From Eledone cirrhosa (lineage: Eukaryota), in assembly GCA_964016885.1 (NCBI GenBank), contig OZ024743.1, positions 50,282,001 through 50,346,000 of the forward strand: a DNA stretch of 64,000 bases, read 5' to 3'. Numbering within the stretch: the stretch's first letter is position 1; every line of letters begins with the position of its first letter. The position numbers were made by a program, and so were the translations under genes. Shown piece by piece: positions 13,570 to 27,385 of the stretch. The notes beneath the pieces were generated by a model, which was not told the DNA's origin, made no database searches, and saw nothing but the letters and a program-made list of their open reading frames with translations.

Positions 13570-13613
<44 letters not shown>

Positions 13614-13718
13614 GTAATAATAATAAATTTGAAGACTAAAATCCAAAGAGGGCTCGATAAGGACAAATATATATCAGATATATAAGAACAGTAGAGCAAA
13701 TATATATATACATACATA

Positions 13719-13831
<113 letters not shown>

Positions 13832-14139
13832 CATATATATATATATAAATGTATTATATATATAAATGAGTTTTTCGAATATTAATAATAACATTCGATT
13901 CGTTTGCAATTATGCAAACAAGCCTCAATTTTAGAGCCATGTCAGTAGAATGAACCCTTCATTCTTGCTCTTGTGTTGGCATGCCAACAGAACTGCAGAC
14001 ACTATTGTTTCTGGGTATCACCCAGTTCTGTTCACATGCCAACACAAGGGAAAGAATGAAGGGTTCATTCTACTGAGATGTCTATAAAATTGAGGCTTGT
14101 TTGCAGAATTGCAAACGAATCGAATGTTGTTATTAATAT

Positions 14140-14213
14140 GGGGACGATAAAATAAAGTACCAGTAATACACTGCGATAATTGCTGGCCTTGTGCCAAAAG
14201 TAGAAACAATTAT
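14140..14213 (+). mobile_element. 5'-truncated SINE family 1
   Basis: Core and tail only; duplicated flank ttattaatat. Confidence 0.85.
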
Positions 14214-14227
14214 TAATATTCGAAAAA

Positions 14228-14448
14228 GGGCGGTGGATTGGCAGTATCGGTAAAGGGCCGGACGTCATGCTTTGCAGCATAGAGTTACGTCCCTTTATGA
14301 TCTGAGTTCAAATCCCGCCGTGGTTAACTTTGCCTTTCATCCTTACGGGGTCGATAAAATAAAGTACCAGTCACGCACTGGGGTCGATTTAATCGTTTTT
14401 CCCCTCCCCCAAAATTGCTGGCCTTGTGCCTATATAAGAAACCATTAT
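14228..14448 (+). mobile_element. Full-length SINE family 1 (longer subfamily), 19-bp TSD
   Basis: TSD attattaatattcgaaaaa at 14209-14227 and 14444-14462. Confidence 0.92.
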
Positions 14449-15017
14449 TAATATTCGAAAAACTCAGATTACATTTATTGTATTCAGCCATGTAGAGCGA
14501 AAATTTTATTTATTATATATATATATATATATAGTAGAATAATCGAGTATCGAAAAATCGGCGCACGAGTTCACGATAAACAAAATTCGAGATGAGCGGC
14601 AGAGGACTCCATAATTCAGATAAATCAGAGCTATAACTATCGTTAAAATACCGTCACACGTAGAATATGTCTACAATCAACCAAACAACCGAAAAATTGC
14701 GATATGGAAGATTCGGGACACTCAGATAAATTATCAATAAATCAATAAATCAAATGAATGTAAAAAGCATACCCGGACCCACTAGAGAGATGGTATATCT
14801 AGATTCTTGGGTTTCTGTAAATCCTTGAACTGTCCTCTATCAGCTCACATAAAAATATAAGACTTATAGACGACGGCGGACTGGAGTTACTTCTTCAACG
14901 AGCTTTAGTCCGAACGAAAGAAAAGACAAAACCCAGGCTGAAAATACGCACATGGATTTCAGCAAGGGAGATAACCTTTATATCCACAAAAAATATTCGG
15001 GAAAATGTGGAATAACA

Positions 15018-15820
<803 letters not shown>

Positions 15821-16012
15821 GAACGAGTAGGACCCCGACGGCTGAGCTCAAGCCGTTTCGACGGCTAATTCTGGACTCAGAATAAGCCGTCGAAACGGCT
15901 TGAGCTCAGCCGTCGGGGTCCTACTCGTTCCTATTACCCACTCTACTACCCTAAGTATTGAGTACTTTGGTGCGTTATGGTCCATCTGGTTCCTTACCAC
16001 ATTTCCTTCGTT
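15821..16012 (+). mobile_element. Short PLE pseudo-LTR insertion with 5' inversion (110-bp palindrome) and hammerhead 3' half
   Basis: 15821-15930 is self-complementary and contains GAAA-CGGCT(tgagctc)AGCCG-TC^GGGG. Homologous copy at 22245-22445. Confidence 0.7.
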
Positions 16013-16329
16013 ATATATTATATATACTAGACCACCCGTGACCCGTTGGGTCATGTTCACTTTAAAATATTTTTTTTTAAATCGTGTTCACTTAAAAATA
16101 ATTTTTAAATAATAAAAATATACACAGACATGTATATAATGTCAAATGAAACTGGAAGGCCTATATATATATACGTGAGTGTATGTATATATATATGTGT
16201 GTGTGTGTGTAAACATATACATATATATGTATGTGTGTGTATATATATATATATATGTGGATGTCTGTGATCTACATGCACTGGTCATAAACACACACAT
16301 ATATATATATATATATATTCACACACACT

Positions 16330-16394
<65 letters not shown>

Positions 16395-16464
16395 TATGAA
16401 GAGAGAAGAAACATTTAGATATAATTAGTAATAAAATGTATCATACCTAAACTGTTCCTAAATT

Positions 16465-16550
16465 CCTCGACTACGTAGTTTCGTGGCATAAACAAAAACA
16501 ATATATCAAAGATATAGAGTCCTTGCGAGGTCTGCCGACTTATCAAGAGG
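16465..16550 (-). ncRNA. Degenerate type I hammerhead motif (PLE pseudo-LTR remnant, about 16395-16690)
   Basis: cctc-TTGATAA (core mutated)-..ggca..tgcc..-cGAAA-ctacgtag (palindrome)-TC^gagg. Confidence 0.65.
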
Positions 16551-17210
16551 ATACCTCATTTTACTAGTCTCAAGAACGCGTCCACACGACGTGAGAAAGA
16601 ATCCCAAAAGGCGGAGGGGGAGATAGTCACGCGATATAACGGTCGAGAAACAGAGCTAAGCCTCTTATAACCACGAAAAAAATACCATATATATATATGA
16701 AAAATGGGGAGAAGAATACTGCTGGTTGCACATGGATAACATGTAATAAAATAAGTCTCTCATCAGTGATTTGCCGACGATCATAGATATTTCATTGCAT
16801 TAAAAATCATATACCTCACGTCGGTGCAATAATAACTAAATTAAGTTATTAGGACAATTAAATCGCGTAAAGCGAGTGAGACAAGATACACACAACAGCA
16901 CCACCAGCTCTCCTTCATTTTCATTCTCTGTCTCCTCTCCCTCTTTCTGTCTCTCTTTCAATCTACTCTCTCACAACCACTATCTCTTTCTCTCTATCTT
17001 TTTCTCTCTTTGTTTACTTTGTTTATGAAGGCACCAGGAAAAACCCCATATGTCGGGACCCCGCGGTCCGATTTACGCGAAATTTGTTTTGTTCCATTTG
17101 TATTCCCATTTCAGGGTCAACTTCCTTTCAAAGTATTTTCCCATTATGCGCCCTTTTGGCTGTATTACATTACAGATAAGCAAGCAAGCAATCACAGACT
17201 TTTAGTATTA

Positions 17211-17702
17211 TAAAAAATGTATACACCATTCTAATATATATATTGTCTGTACAGGTAATCAAAGTGTGTATACATTTTTCCGGGATACCATATATATATA
17301 TATATACCGGTGTCTCTAAAAATGTATACACCATTCTAATATATATATATTGACTGTACAGGTAATCAAAGTGTGTATACATTTTTGCGGGACACCATAT
17401 ATATATATATACCGGTGTCCCTAAAAATGTATACACTATTCTAATATATATATGTTGCCTGTACAGGTAATCAAAGTGTGTATACATTTTTCCGGGACAC
17501 CATACATATATATACCGGGGTCCCTAAAAATGTGTACACCATTCTAATATATATATTGCCTGTACAGGTAATCAAAGTGTGTATACATTTTTCCGGGACA
17601 CCATATATATATATATACCGGTGTCCCTAAAAATGTATACACCATTCTAATATATATATTGCCTGTACAGGTAATCAAAGTGTGTATACATTTTTCGGGG
17701 AC

Positions 17703-17749
<47 letters not shown>

Positions 17750-18153
17750 TGGGGTCCCTAAAAATGTGTACACCATTCTAATATATATATTGCCTGTACA
17801 GGTAATCAAAGTGTGTATACATTTTTCCGGGACACCATATATATATATATATATACCGGTGTCCCTAAAAATGTATACACCATTCTAATATATATATTGC
17901 CTGTACAGGTAATCAAAGTCTGTATACATTTTTCGGGGACACCCTATATATATATATATATACCGGGGTCCCTAAAAATGTATACACCATTCTAATATAT
18001 ATATTGCCTGTACAGGTAATCAAAGTGTGTATACATTTTTCGAGAACACCATATATATATGTATATACCGGGGTCCCTAAAAATGTATACACCATTCTAA
18101 TATATATATTGCCTGTACAGATAATCAAAGTGTGTATACATTTTTCGGGGACA

Positions 18154-18188
<35 letters not shown>

Positions 18189-18788
18189 GGGGTCCCTAAA
18201 CATGTATACACCTTTCTAATATATATATTGCCTGTACAGGTAATCAAAGCGTGTATACATTTTTCTGGGACACCATATATATATACATATATACCGGGGT
18301 CCCTAAAAATGTATACACCATTCTAATATATATATTGCCTGTACAGGTAATCAATGTGTGTATAGATTTTTCGGGGATACCATATATATATATACCAGGG
18401 TCCGTAAAAATGTATACACCATTCTAATATATATATTGCCTGTACAGGTAATCAAAGTGTGTATACATTTTTCCGGGACACCATATATATATATATATAT
18501 ACCGGTGTCCCTAAAAATGTATACACCATTCTAATATATATATTGCCTGTACAGGTAATCAAAGTGTGTATGCATTTTTAGGGGACACCATATATATATA
18601 TACCGGTGTCCCTAAAAATGTATACATCATTCTAATATATATATTGCCTGTACAAGTAATCAAAGTGTGTATACATTTTTTCGGGGACACCATATATATA
18701 TACCGGAGTCCCTAAAAATGTATACACCATTCTAATATATATATTGCGTGTACAGGTAATCAAAGCGTGTATACATTTTTCTGGGACA

Positions 18789-18821
<33 letters not shown>

Positions 18822-19217
18822 GGGGTCCCTAAAAATGTATACACCATTCTAATATATATATATTGCCTGTACAGATAATCAAAGTGTGTATACATTTTTC
18901 GGGGACACCATATATATATACCGGAGTCCCTAAAAATGTATACACCATTCTAATATATATATTGCCTGTACAGGTAATCAAAGTGTGTATACATTTTTCG
19001 GGGACACCATATATATATATATATATATATATACCAGGGTCCCTAAAAATGTATACACCATTCTAATATATATATTGCCTGGACAGGTAATTAAAGTGTG
19101 TATACATTTTTCGGGGACACCATATATATATATACCGGTGTCCCTAAAAATGTATACACCATTCTAATATATATATTGCCTGTACAGATAATCAAAGTGT
19201 GTATACATTTTTCGGGG

Positions 19218-19252
<35 letters not shown>

Positions 19253-20590
19253 AGGGTCCCTAAAAATGTATACACCATTCTAATATATATATTGCCTGGA
19301 CAGGTAATTAAAGGGTGTATACATTTTTCGGGGACACCATATATATATATACCGGTGTCCCTAAAAATGTATACACCATTCTAATATATATATTGCCTGT
19401 ACAGATAATCAAAGTGTGAATACATTTTTCGGGGGCACCATATATATATATATCTGGGTCCCTAAAAATGTATACACCATTCTAATATATATATTGCTTC
19501 TACAGGTAATCAAAGTGTGTATACATTTTTCTGGGACACCATATATATATATATACATATATATATATACCGGGGTCCCTAAAAATGTATACACCATTCT
19601 AAAATATATATTGCCTGTACAGGTAATCAAAGTGTGTATATTTTTTTCGGGGACACCATATATATATATACCGGGGTCCCTAAAAATGTATACACCATTC
19701 TAATATATATATTGCCTGTACAGATAATCAAAGTGTGTATACATTTTTCGGGGACACCATATATATATATATCTGGGTCCCTATAAATGTATACACCATT
19801 CTAATATATATATTGCCTGTACAGGTAATCAAAGTGTGTATACATTTTTCGGTGACACCATATATATATATATATATACCGGGGTCCCTAAAAATGTATA
19901 CATCATTCTAATATATATATTGCCTGTACAGGTAATCAAAGTGTGTATACATTTTCGGGGACACCATATATATATATACCGGGGTCCCTAAAAATGTATA
20001 CACCATTCTAATATATATATTGCTTCTACAGGTAATCAAAGTGTGTATACATTTTTCTGGGACACCATATATATATATACATATATATATATACCGGGGT
20101 CCCTAAAAATGTATACACCATTCTAAAATATATATTGCCTGTACAGGTAATCAAAGTGTGTATACTTTTTTCGGGGACACCATATATATATATATATACC
20201 GGGGTCCCTAAAAATGTATACACCATCCTAACAAATAATGCATGTATAAGCAATCAAAGTTGGTATACATTTTTCGGGGACACCATATATATATATATCT
20301 GGGTCCCTATAAATGTATACACCATTCTAATATATATATTGCCTGTACAGGTAATCAAAGTGTGTATACATTTTTCCGGGACACCATATATATATATATA
20401 CCGGGGTCCCTAAAAATGTATACATCATTCTAATATATATATTGCCTGTACAGGTAATCAAAGTGTGTATACATTTTCGGGGACACCATATATATATATA
20501 TACCGGGGTCCCTAAAAATGTATACACCATTCTAATATATATATTGCTTCTACAGGTAATCAAAGTGTGTATACATTTTTCTGGGACACC

Positions 20591-20639
<49 letters not shown>

Positions 20640-21695
20640 GGGGTCCCTAAAAATGTATACACCATTCTAATATATATATATTGCCTGTACAGATAATCAA
20701 AGTGTGTATACATTTTTCGGGGACACCATATATATATATATCTGGGTCCCTATAAATGTATACACCATTCTAATATATATATTGCCTGTACAGGTAATCA
20801 AAGTGTGTATACATTTTTCGGTGACACCATATATATATATATATATATACCGGGGTCCCTAAAAATGTATACATCATTCTAATATATATATTGCCTGTAC
20901 AGGTAATCAAAGTGTGTATACATTTTCGGGGACACCATATATATATATACCGGGGTCCCTAAAAATGTATACACCATTCTAATATATATATTGCTTCTAC
21001 AGGTAATCAAAGTGTGTATACATTTTTCTGGGACACCATATATATATATATACATATATATATATACCGGGGTCCCTAAAAATGTATACACCATTCTAAA
21101 ATATATATTGCCTGTACAGGTAATCAAAGTGTGTATACTTTTTTCGGGGACACCATATATATATATATATATATACCGGGGTCCCTAAAAATGTATACAC
21201 CATCCTAACAAATAATGCATGTATAAGCAATCAAAGTTGGTATACATTTTTAGGGGACACCATATATATATATATACCGGGGTCCCTAAAAATGTATACA
21301 CCATTCTAATATATATATTGCCTGTACAGGTAATCAAAGTGTGTATACATTTTTCGGGGACACCATATATATATATATATATCTGGGTCCCTAAAAATGT
21401 ATACACCATTCTAATATATATATTGCCTGTACAGGTAATCAAAGTGTGTATACATTTTTCTGGGACACCATATATATATATATATATATATATATCTGGG
21501 TCCCTAAAAATGTATGCACCATTCTAAAATATATATTGCCTGTACAGGTCATCAAAGTGTGTATACTTTTTTCGGGGACACCATATATATATATATATAT
21601 ATGCCGGGGTCCCTAAAAATGTATACACCATCCTAACAAATAATGCATGTATAGGCAATCAAAGTTGGTATACATTTTTTGGGGGACAACCTGTA
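17211..21695. repeat. Satellite of ~89-bp TIR-bearing units separated by variable (TA)n, about 43 copies
   Basis: Unit ccggggtccctaaaaatgtatacac...gtgtatacatttttcggggacacca is self-inverted. The last unit ends ggggacaacctg-TA, like a Tc1/mariner TIR. Confidence 0.95.
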
Positions 21696-21787
21696 TATAC
21701 ACAAATATGAACATATATATATAGAGAAAGGGTGTGCAAGCAAGCAAGCAAGCAAACAATCAAGATCAGAGTTTTAGTAGTATATAG

Positions 21788-21821
<34 letters not shown>

Positions 21822-22199
21822 GTGCGTTGTGTGTGTGTGTAATGAATACATGTATATATTATACAAGAAATGAACAAGCAACATGATGCAATAACATCAA
21901 GTCTTATTAGTTTAACGCTTAAAAAGAAAGAGAACGAGTTGCATAGTCTACGTATCGAGCATTTGTCCTTCATCAGGAAAAACACAATAGGAAAAGCGCA
22001 AAAAAAATTTATAAATTTAGAAAGAAAATAAAAATGAGAAGTGGAGGAGTAGTGATGGGTGGAGGTAGTGGTCCGGTGTACGGTGATCGAGGTGAGGGGT
22101 GAAGACGTATGGATGGTGTATGTTTGCATGTAGGGTGCAGATTATGATGCGTATGTGGGTGTTGTGTGTGTCGTTGGTAGAATATTAATGAATATATGC

Positions 22200-22244
<45 letters not shown>

Positions 22245-22247
<3 letters not shown>

Positions 22248-22445
22248 CGCAGGAAGTGTGGTAAGGAATCAGGAGGACTATAACGCACCAGAGTACTCGA
22301 TACTTTGGGTAGTAGAATGGGTAATAGGAAAAGGGTCAGGACCCCGACTGCAGAGCTCAAGCCGTTTCGACGGCTATTTCTGGACTGTTTGGAAATAGCC
22401 GTCGAAACGGCTTGAGCTCTGCCGTCGGGGTCCTGAACCTTTTTC
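22245..22445 (-). mobile_element. Second short PLE pseudo-LTR insertion with 5' inversion
   Basis: Palindrome at 22336-22436; body homologous to 15875-16012; (TA)n flanks. Confidence 0.7.
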
Positions 22446-22769
22446 ATATATATAAATATATGTATATATATCTATATATGTATGTTTATATGTATATATA
22501 TGTATGTATGTATATATATATGTATGTTTGTATGTATGTATGTATGTGTGTATATATGTATATATATGTTTAATGAATATATGCATATATGTTTTTAATG
22601 AGTTCCTATGGAATAAAGGAAGGCAATTGTTGTCCTTCTACGACATTCATCACACTCTTAATATTGAGCTATTTTCATAATACACCAATTAAGAACAGTT
22701 ATTACCAACAATGGCCTATTCCTGTCTTTAATTTAGTTTTTTTTTTATAATGAAATAGTTTTTCTTTTA

Positions 22770-22823
<54 letters not shown>

Positions 22824-23056
22824 GTTCAGAAATATTTGGTCTTGATTTATTTTTTACTTGGAAAGTATTTTATGAAACACAAAGAAACTGTTTCAGCTAT
22901 TTTATCAGAATTTCTACAAAGACAAATGGCTGCTATAATTGAGTTCTGTTATGAGATTGTGTGAAAATGGGTGATATCCAGTGTGGGATATAAAATGTAT
23001 TTGCTGTAGTTACAACTGTACTGTAGTTAAGTTCATCCTGTAATTAGGTACATAAT

Positions 23057-23245
23057 TGTTTCTACTTTAGGCACAAGGCCAGCAATTACCCAGTGCATTA
23101 CTGGTACTTTATTTTATCGACCCCGTAAGGATGAAAGGCAAAGTCAACCTCGGCGGGATTTGAACTTAGATCGTAAAGGGACGTAACTATGCTGGAAAGT
23201 ATGGCGTCCGACTCTCTACCGATACTGCCAATCCCCCCCCCCCCC
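23057..23245 (-). mobile_element. SINE family 1, 18-bp TSD
   Basis: TSD tgtaattaggtacataat at 23039-23056 and 23252-23269. Confidence 0.92.
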
Positions 23246-24146
23246 TAACAATGTAATTAGGTACATAATGCAATCATATCTGTTGTGTAGTGAGCTATAT
23301 ATTGTAGTGAGGTAAACAGTGTAGTTAGGTCTGTATTGTAGTTAGGTCTGTATTGTAGTTAGGGTAGTACTATGATTAAATATATACTTGTATATTAGAA
23401 TTGGTGCCCTGAAATAGCGATATATATATATGAATGTATATATATAGTGTATTTTGCAATACACTGTATGCTTAATTAAAAGCAGTTCGAAGACCTTATG
23501 CTATTGTTTTAGAGTAGTGACAGTCTCACCTACTTTAATTTTCAGCAAACAGGGGAGATAAAGCTGACAGAGCTCTGTTTCGCATTTTTTTATGCTTATC
23601 AAAGCTAACTAACTACTCCTCCTGTTTGCTGGAAATCATGAATGTTTTGATTCTTATAGAATTTTAGTAATAATCAGGAACTGATTATACAGAGCGGTTG
23701 CCAGTCAAGCAGAAATTGAAAATTAGAATTGGTGCTCTGAAATAGCGATATATATATGAATGTATATATAGTGTATTTTGCAATACACTGAAGTGCCTTG
23801 CTCAAGGACTGGGATACCGAACCCATAATTTTATGATCTCGAGTACAACACAGTAATCAATTGGTTAGGGGATTTCACATATATTATGTCCTTTAGTTAA
23901 CAGTTTCAAGACTCTACCAAGCAATAGAATAACTTTTCTAAACCAATAGTTCCCGTAAGTTGAACCTCCCACTCTCCTCCGGAGTAACGTATTCAAAATT
24001 CTCTACACTGGGACTACAAGGCAAGACCTACATAGTAATTTACATACGACATGAGATGGTAGTGCTATCAACGTTTGTACAGTATCAATGCTTACAGCCT
24101 ATTCTATGTAGTTGCCACCTATGTTAACAGTTTGAATACGAATTAA

Positions 24147-24367
24147 CCCTTTAGCATTTAAACTGGCCATACCCGGCGAGAATTCTCTCACCTCTTTTAG
24201 TTCAAATCGGCCATAACCGGCTACTCATACTTATGTTAAAGTATTGTTCTCAAAACAAATAATATCAAAATCTCATAGGTTCGATATTATGTGAGGTATT
24301 TATGTAAGATAAAGCCTTTACCACAAAAATACAATATTAAATATGGAGTAATGCAAATGCTAAAGAG
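24147..24367. mobile_element. piggyBac-type MITE
   Basis: TTAA|CCCTTTAGCATTT ... AAATGCTAAAGAG|TTAA: 13-bp TIR with one mismatch and TTAA TSD. Confidence 0.85.
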
Positions 24368-24520
24368 TTAAACAAAACCCGGTATGAGATACAACGACCC
24401 CACTCCGTAGTTTAGCAAGATATTCGTTATATCCACTGGAAAAGGTGTTCGTTAGTTAAGAAAGGACCACTAAATAACATAATAGAGATATTGATATAAT
24501 AACTGATATAGTTAATACAA

Positions 24521-25927
24521 TCTATATATATAAAACTGTGGTTGTCTGTCTGTCTATCGATTTTTGGCACACATCTCCTCTTAGAATCTCTCACAGAATT
24601 GCACTGAAATTGCTATACTTGTACATTGAGCCCTAGCGAAGACATCGGAAAAAAAATATTTCAAATTGACCCGCCCTATCTGACGAAATCGAATATAATG
24701 TATCGATTTTTGAGCGTAAGTGATCAGTTATTTCCCTTTGTTCTGTTTACATTGAGCGTCTGCGTGCAAAAATTAAAAAAATTACGCTGGCTTTCTCAGC
24801 GTTTAAAATGACATTAACACAATACACAATACACGTTTTGCTTCATTTCCATTTAAAAGCCTTTTAAAACAATATTTTTACTTGAAAACAAGTCTATTTA
24901 AAGACTACGTAAAACAAGCAAATATTTCGTAAAAAAAAGCAAAAATTATATAAGTTTATTTAAAATATATGTATCTGTAAATTTCGTTAGGCGTGCAGAC
25001 AGACAGTCGTGCAGACAGAGTCGTGCAGAGAGGTGATATACGCGTGCAGACAGATAGTCGTGCAGAGAGGTGATATACGCGTGCAGACAGATAGTCGTGC
25101 AGAGAGGTGATATAGGCGTGCAGACAGACAGTCGTGCAGAGAGGTGATATAGGCGTGCAGACAGACATAACTGATAATTTGGTTACGCTAATGTTTTTCT
25201 CTGCGTTGCAGTGTTTACATTTTCGATCTTTGTTAATAAATAACCAGTGCAGTTTTTATCCCCAGCATCCTCTTTTGTTATAACATTCGGGTTATCGTTA
25301 TGTCTTCGCTAGGGCTCAATGTACAAGTATAGCAATTTCGGTGCAATTCCGTGAGAGATTCTAAGAGGAGATGTGTGCCAAAAATCGATAGACAGACAGA
25401 CAACCTCAGTTTTATATATATAGATGTATCTGTAAATTTCGTTAGGCGTGCAGACAGACAGTCGTGCAGACAGAGTCGTGCAGAGAGGTGATATACGCGT
25501 GCAGACAGATAGTCGTGCAGAGAGGTGATATACGCGTGCAGACAGATAGTCGTGCAGAGAGGTGATATAGGCGTGCAGACAGACAGTCGTGCAGAGAGGT
25601 GATATAGGCGTGCAGACAGACATAACTGATAATTTGGTTACGCTAATGTTTTTCTCTGCGTTGCAGTGTTTACATTTTCGATCTTTGTTAATAAATAACC
25701 AGTGCAGTTTCTATCCCCAGCATCCTCTTTTGTTATAACATTCGGGTTATCGTTATGTTTTCTTAACTTCATAAGGCATATTGTTGGTTGAGGGAATATT
25801 AATCAAAAACACCACATGCAAGTCTGCACAGTAGACACTACAGTTTTTAAGCCAAGAAAGAAACTTAACATTGTAACTTTAACACAGCTACTGAGCGACC
25901 CCGAGCAACGCCGGGCTTTACTGCTAG
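24521..25927 (+). mobile_element. Non-autonomous Helitron with internal duplication
   Basis: A|TCTATATATATAAAA 5' end, (CTGT)n, 3' hairpin CCCG..CGGG then CTAG|T. Joining the flanks restores the adjacent minisatellite unit (gttaatacaa|taactga). Confidence 0.88.
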
Positions 25928-26620
25928 TAACTGATGTAATTGATGTAGTAACTGATATAGTTAATACAATAACTGATATAATTGATGTAGTAACTGACAT
26001 AGTTGATACAATAACTGATATAATTGATGTAGTAACTGATATAGTTGATACAATAATCGATATAATTGATGTAGTGACTGATATAGTTAATACAATAACT
26101 GATATAATTGATGTAGTAACTGATATAGTTGATACAATAATCGATATAATTTATGTAGTAACTGATATAGTTGATACAATAACTGATATAATTGATGTAG
26201 TAACTGATATAGTTAATACAATAACTGATATAATTGATGTAGTAACTGACATAGTTGATACAATAACTGATACAATTGATGTAGTAACTTATATAGTTGA
26301 TACAATAACTGATATAATTGATGTAGTAACTGATATAGTTGATACAATAACTGATATAATTGATGTAGTAACTGATATAGTTGATACAATAACTGATACA
26401 ATTGATGTAGTAACTGATATAGTTAATACAATAACTGATATAATTGATGTAGTAACTTATATAGTTGATACAATAACTGATATAATTGATGTAGTAACTG
26501 ATATAGTTGATACAATAACTGATATAATAACTCATATAAATGATATCGTATCTTATATAGTAACAGATATAATTGATATAACTAGTATAGTAACCGATAT
26601 AACTGATATAATAACTGTTA
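25928..26620. repeat. 42-bp (2x21) minisatellite
   Basis: taactgatataattgatgtag/taactgatatagttgatacaa; source of the 298-aa TDIIDVV ORF. Confidence 0.95.
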
Positions 26621-26704
26621 TCATCTGTAGAAGCTATTTGGTTTTGGTTTTATTTGTGAAGATTGTGACCAGAAATGTGACTACACGTGACATTGGTTAT
26701 ATTG

Positions 26705-27385
26705 GGGAGTAGAGGAGTGGTTGGAGTAGAGGAGTGGTGGGAATAGAGGATTGGTGGGAATAGAGGAGTGGTGGGAATAGAAGAGTGGTGGGAATAGAGG
26801 ATTGGTGGGAGTAGAGGATTGGTGGGAGTAGAGGATTGGTGGGAGTAGAGGATTGGTGGGAGTAGAGGATTGGTGGGAGTAGAGGATTGGTGGGAGTAGA
26901 GGATTGGTGGGAGTAGAGGATTGGTGGGAGTAGAGGATTGGTGGGAGTAGAGGATTGGTGGGAATAGAGGAGTGGTGGGAGTAGAGGATTGGTGGGAGTA
27001 GAGGATTGGTGGGAGTAGAGGATTGGTGGGAGTAGAGGATTGGTGGGAGTAGAGGATTAGTGGGAGTAGAGGATTGGTGGGAATAGAGGAGTGGTGGGAG
27101 TAGAGGAGTGGTGGGAGTAGAGGAGTGGTGGGAGTAGAGGAGTGGTGAGAGTAGAGGAGTGGTGGGAGTAGAGGAGTGGTGGGAGTAGAGGAGTGGTGGC
27201 AGTGGAGGAGTGGTGGGAGTAGAGGAGTGGTGGGAGTAGAGGAGTGGTGGGAGTAGACGAGTGGTGGGAGTAGAGGATTGGTGGGAGTAGAGGATTGGTG
27301 GCAGTGGAGGAGTGGTGGGAGTAGAGGATTGGTGGGAGTAGAGGAATGGTGGGAGTAGAGTGGGAGTAGAGCAATTGCGGGAGTA
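26705..27385. repeat. 17-bp G-rich minisatellite (GGGAGTAGAGGA[T/G]TGGT)
   Basis: About 39 tandem copies. Confidence 0.96.

Larger units (their letters stand above)
10411..13575 (-). mobile_element. Penelope-like retroelement (GIY-YIG endonuclease type, Naiad-like), near full length, decayed
   Basis: N-terminal FLKRC motif, LSLGPKF, DKG, FYHLIKTHK, RPIVS, VVSLYT, MGSSLSG, RYVDD, GIY-YIG VVYRL..FYVGSTARPLHIRIKEH. Terminal direct repeat gtagtttacttgaagcattg.gtagtgaggtataaa at 10424-10459 and 13522-13557. (TA)n on both flanks. Confidence 0.93.
13867..14466. mobile_element. Foldback/MITE-like element (~125-bp imperfect arms) with two SINEs in the right arm
   Basis: 13867-13995 is the reverse complement of 14022-14139 plus 14444-14466 once the SINEs are removed. 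Confidence 0.8.
16027..21788 (-). mobile_element. Candidate non-autonomous Helitron enclosing the MITE-derived satellite
   Basis: Minus strand 3' end TGACCCAACGGGTCA hairpin then CTAG|T at 16027. 5'-like A|TCTATATACTACTAAAAC..(GCTT)n at 21788, with a related 5'-like motif at about 17175-17212. Confidence 0.55.

Noticed and set aside
14520-15017. Hammerhead-like words (CTGATAG..GAAA, TTGAAGA) on the minus strand
   Set aside because: Core and stems could not be assembled convincingly; at most an old PLE remnant.
17211-21695. CRISPR-like look (palindromic repeats with variable spacers)
   Set aside because: Spacers are only (TA)n length variants, repeats are ~89 bp, there are no cas genes, and the context is eukaryotic.
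25816-26712. 298-aa TDIIDVV repeat ORF
   Set aside because: Translation of a 42-bp minisatellite; its start lies inside a Helitron that inserted later.
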